This document shows, in pieces, positions 63,595 through 64,000 of a stretch of 64,000 bases of DNA. The position numbers were made by a program, and so were the translations under genes. Under the pieces are notes generated by a model. The model was given only the letters and a program-made list of their open reading frames with translations, did no database searches and was not told the origin of the DNA. Location of the stretch: assembly GCA_040954595.2 (NCBI GenBank), contig CM082590.2:6386001-6450000 (forward strand). Reading direction: 5' to 3'. Position 1 is the first letter of the stretch, and each line of letters starts with the position of its first letter. The stretch is from Balanoglossus misakiensis (lineage: Eukaryota > Animalia > Hemichordata).

Positions 63595-64000
63595 ATCTTT
63601 ACGGCCCTGATACGGGTTTTGCGGCCCGAGGTCGTACGGCGGAAGCGCCTGACCGCAGGGAGGGCGCGAATCGCCGTACAACCGAGGGCCGCAAAACCCG
63701 TATCAGGGCCGTAAAGGTTTTATCATATGCCTTATTGAACGATAATCAACTAGAAACTAATAAAATACACGTTCTGTAATATTTTAAAATGTAAATATTA
63801 CGTTTTTATCTATCGTTTTGAAATGATCTATCCCGTAGCATAGAGGCGCATTCCTCCAGTTCTTGCGGATTGATATGCACGATGTCATTTGTTTACATTC
63901 TATTGCACGTGAGATATAGACGCGCTCGAACTCACACAGCTGAGCGCGAGCAAAACATTCTTTTTTCTTCGCGACGATCGACGCCGACAGTCATTGCCTT
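63591..64000. mobile_element. Second hairpin-terminated non-autonomous element abutting or interrupting the recombinase ORF at a TTAA
   Basis: TTAA at 63591-63594, then a 120-bp palindrome at 63597-63716 (CTTTACGGCCCTGATACGGGTTTTGCGGCC...GGCCGCAAAACCCGTATCAGGGCCGTAAAG). Confidence 0.6.

Overview
Eukaryotic, AT-rich, intron-containing DNA. It is most consistent with a marine invertebrate deuterostome (hemichordate or echinoderm); this is an inference. All coordinates were read by eye and no database was searched. From left to right: (1) a ~12.2-kb array of an 88-bp satellite with layered higher-order repeats; (2) a complete 7-exon SLC35B1 (AXER/UGTrel1) gene on the minus strand, followed by a decayed SAP-domain transposon gene; (3) an ~11.7-kb palindrome centred on a (TATG)n tract, carrying two head-to-head secreted EPN-type C-type lectin genes. 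Each lectin needs a 13-nt micro-exon and carries a sense-strand minimal hammerhead ribozyme in an intron, and identity between the arms rises from the promoter towards the CRD exon; (4) a tandem array (~10-11-kb units) of uncharacterised, predicted GPI-anchored surface proteins with near-constant first and last exons and divergent phase-1 Cys-patterned domain exons. One copy is intact, one has a 2-nt frameshift, and a third begins near the window end; (5) a truncated Crypton-type tyrosine-recombinase element bounded by long hairpins with GNA triloops and CGAG mismatches. MITEs and microsatellites are scattered throughout. Most ORFs in the supplied track are repeat artefacts.
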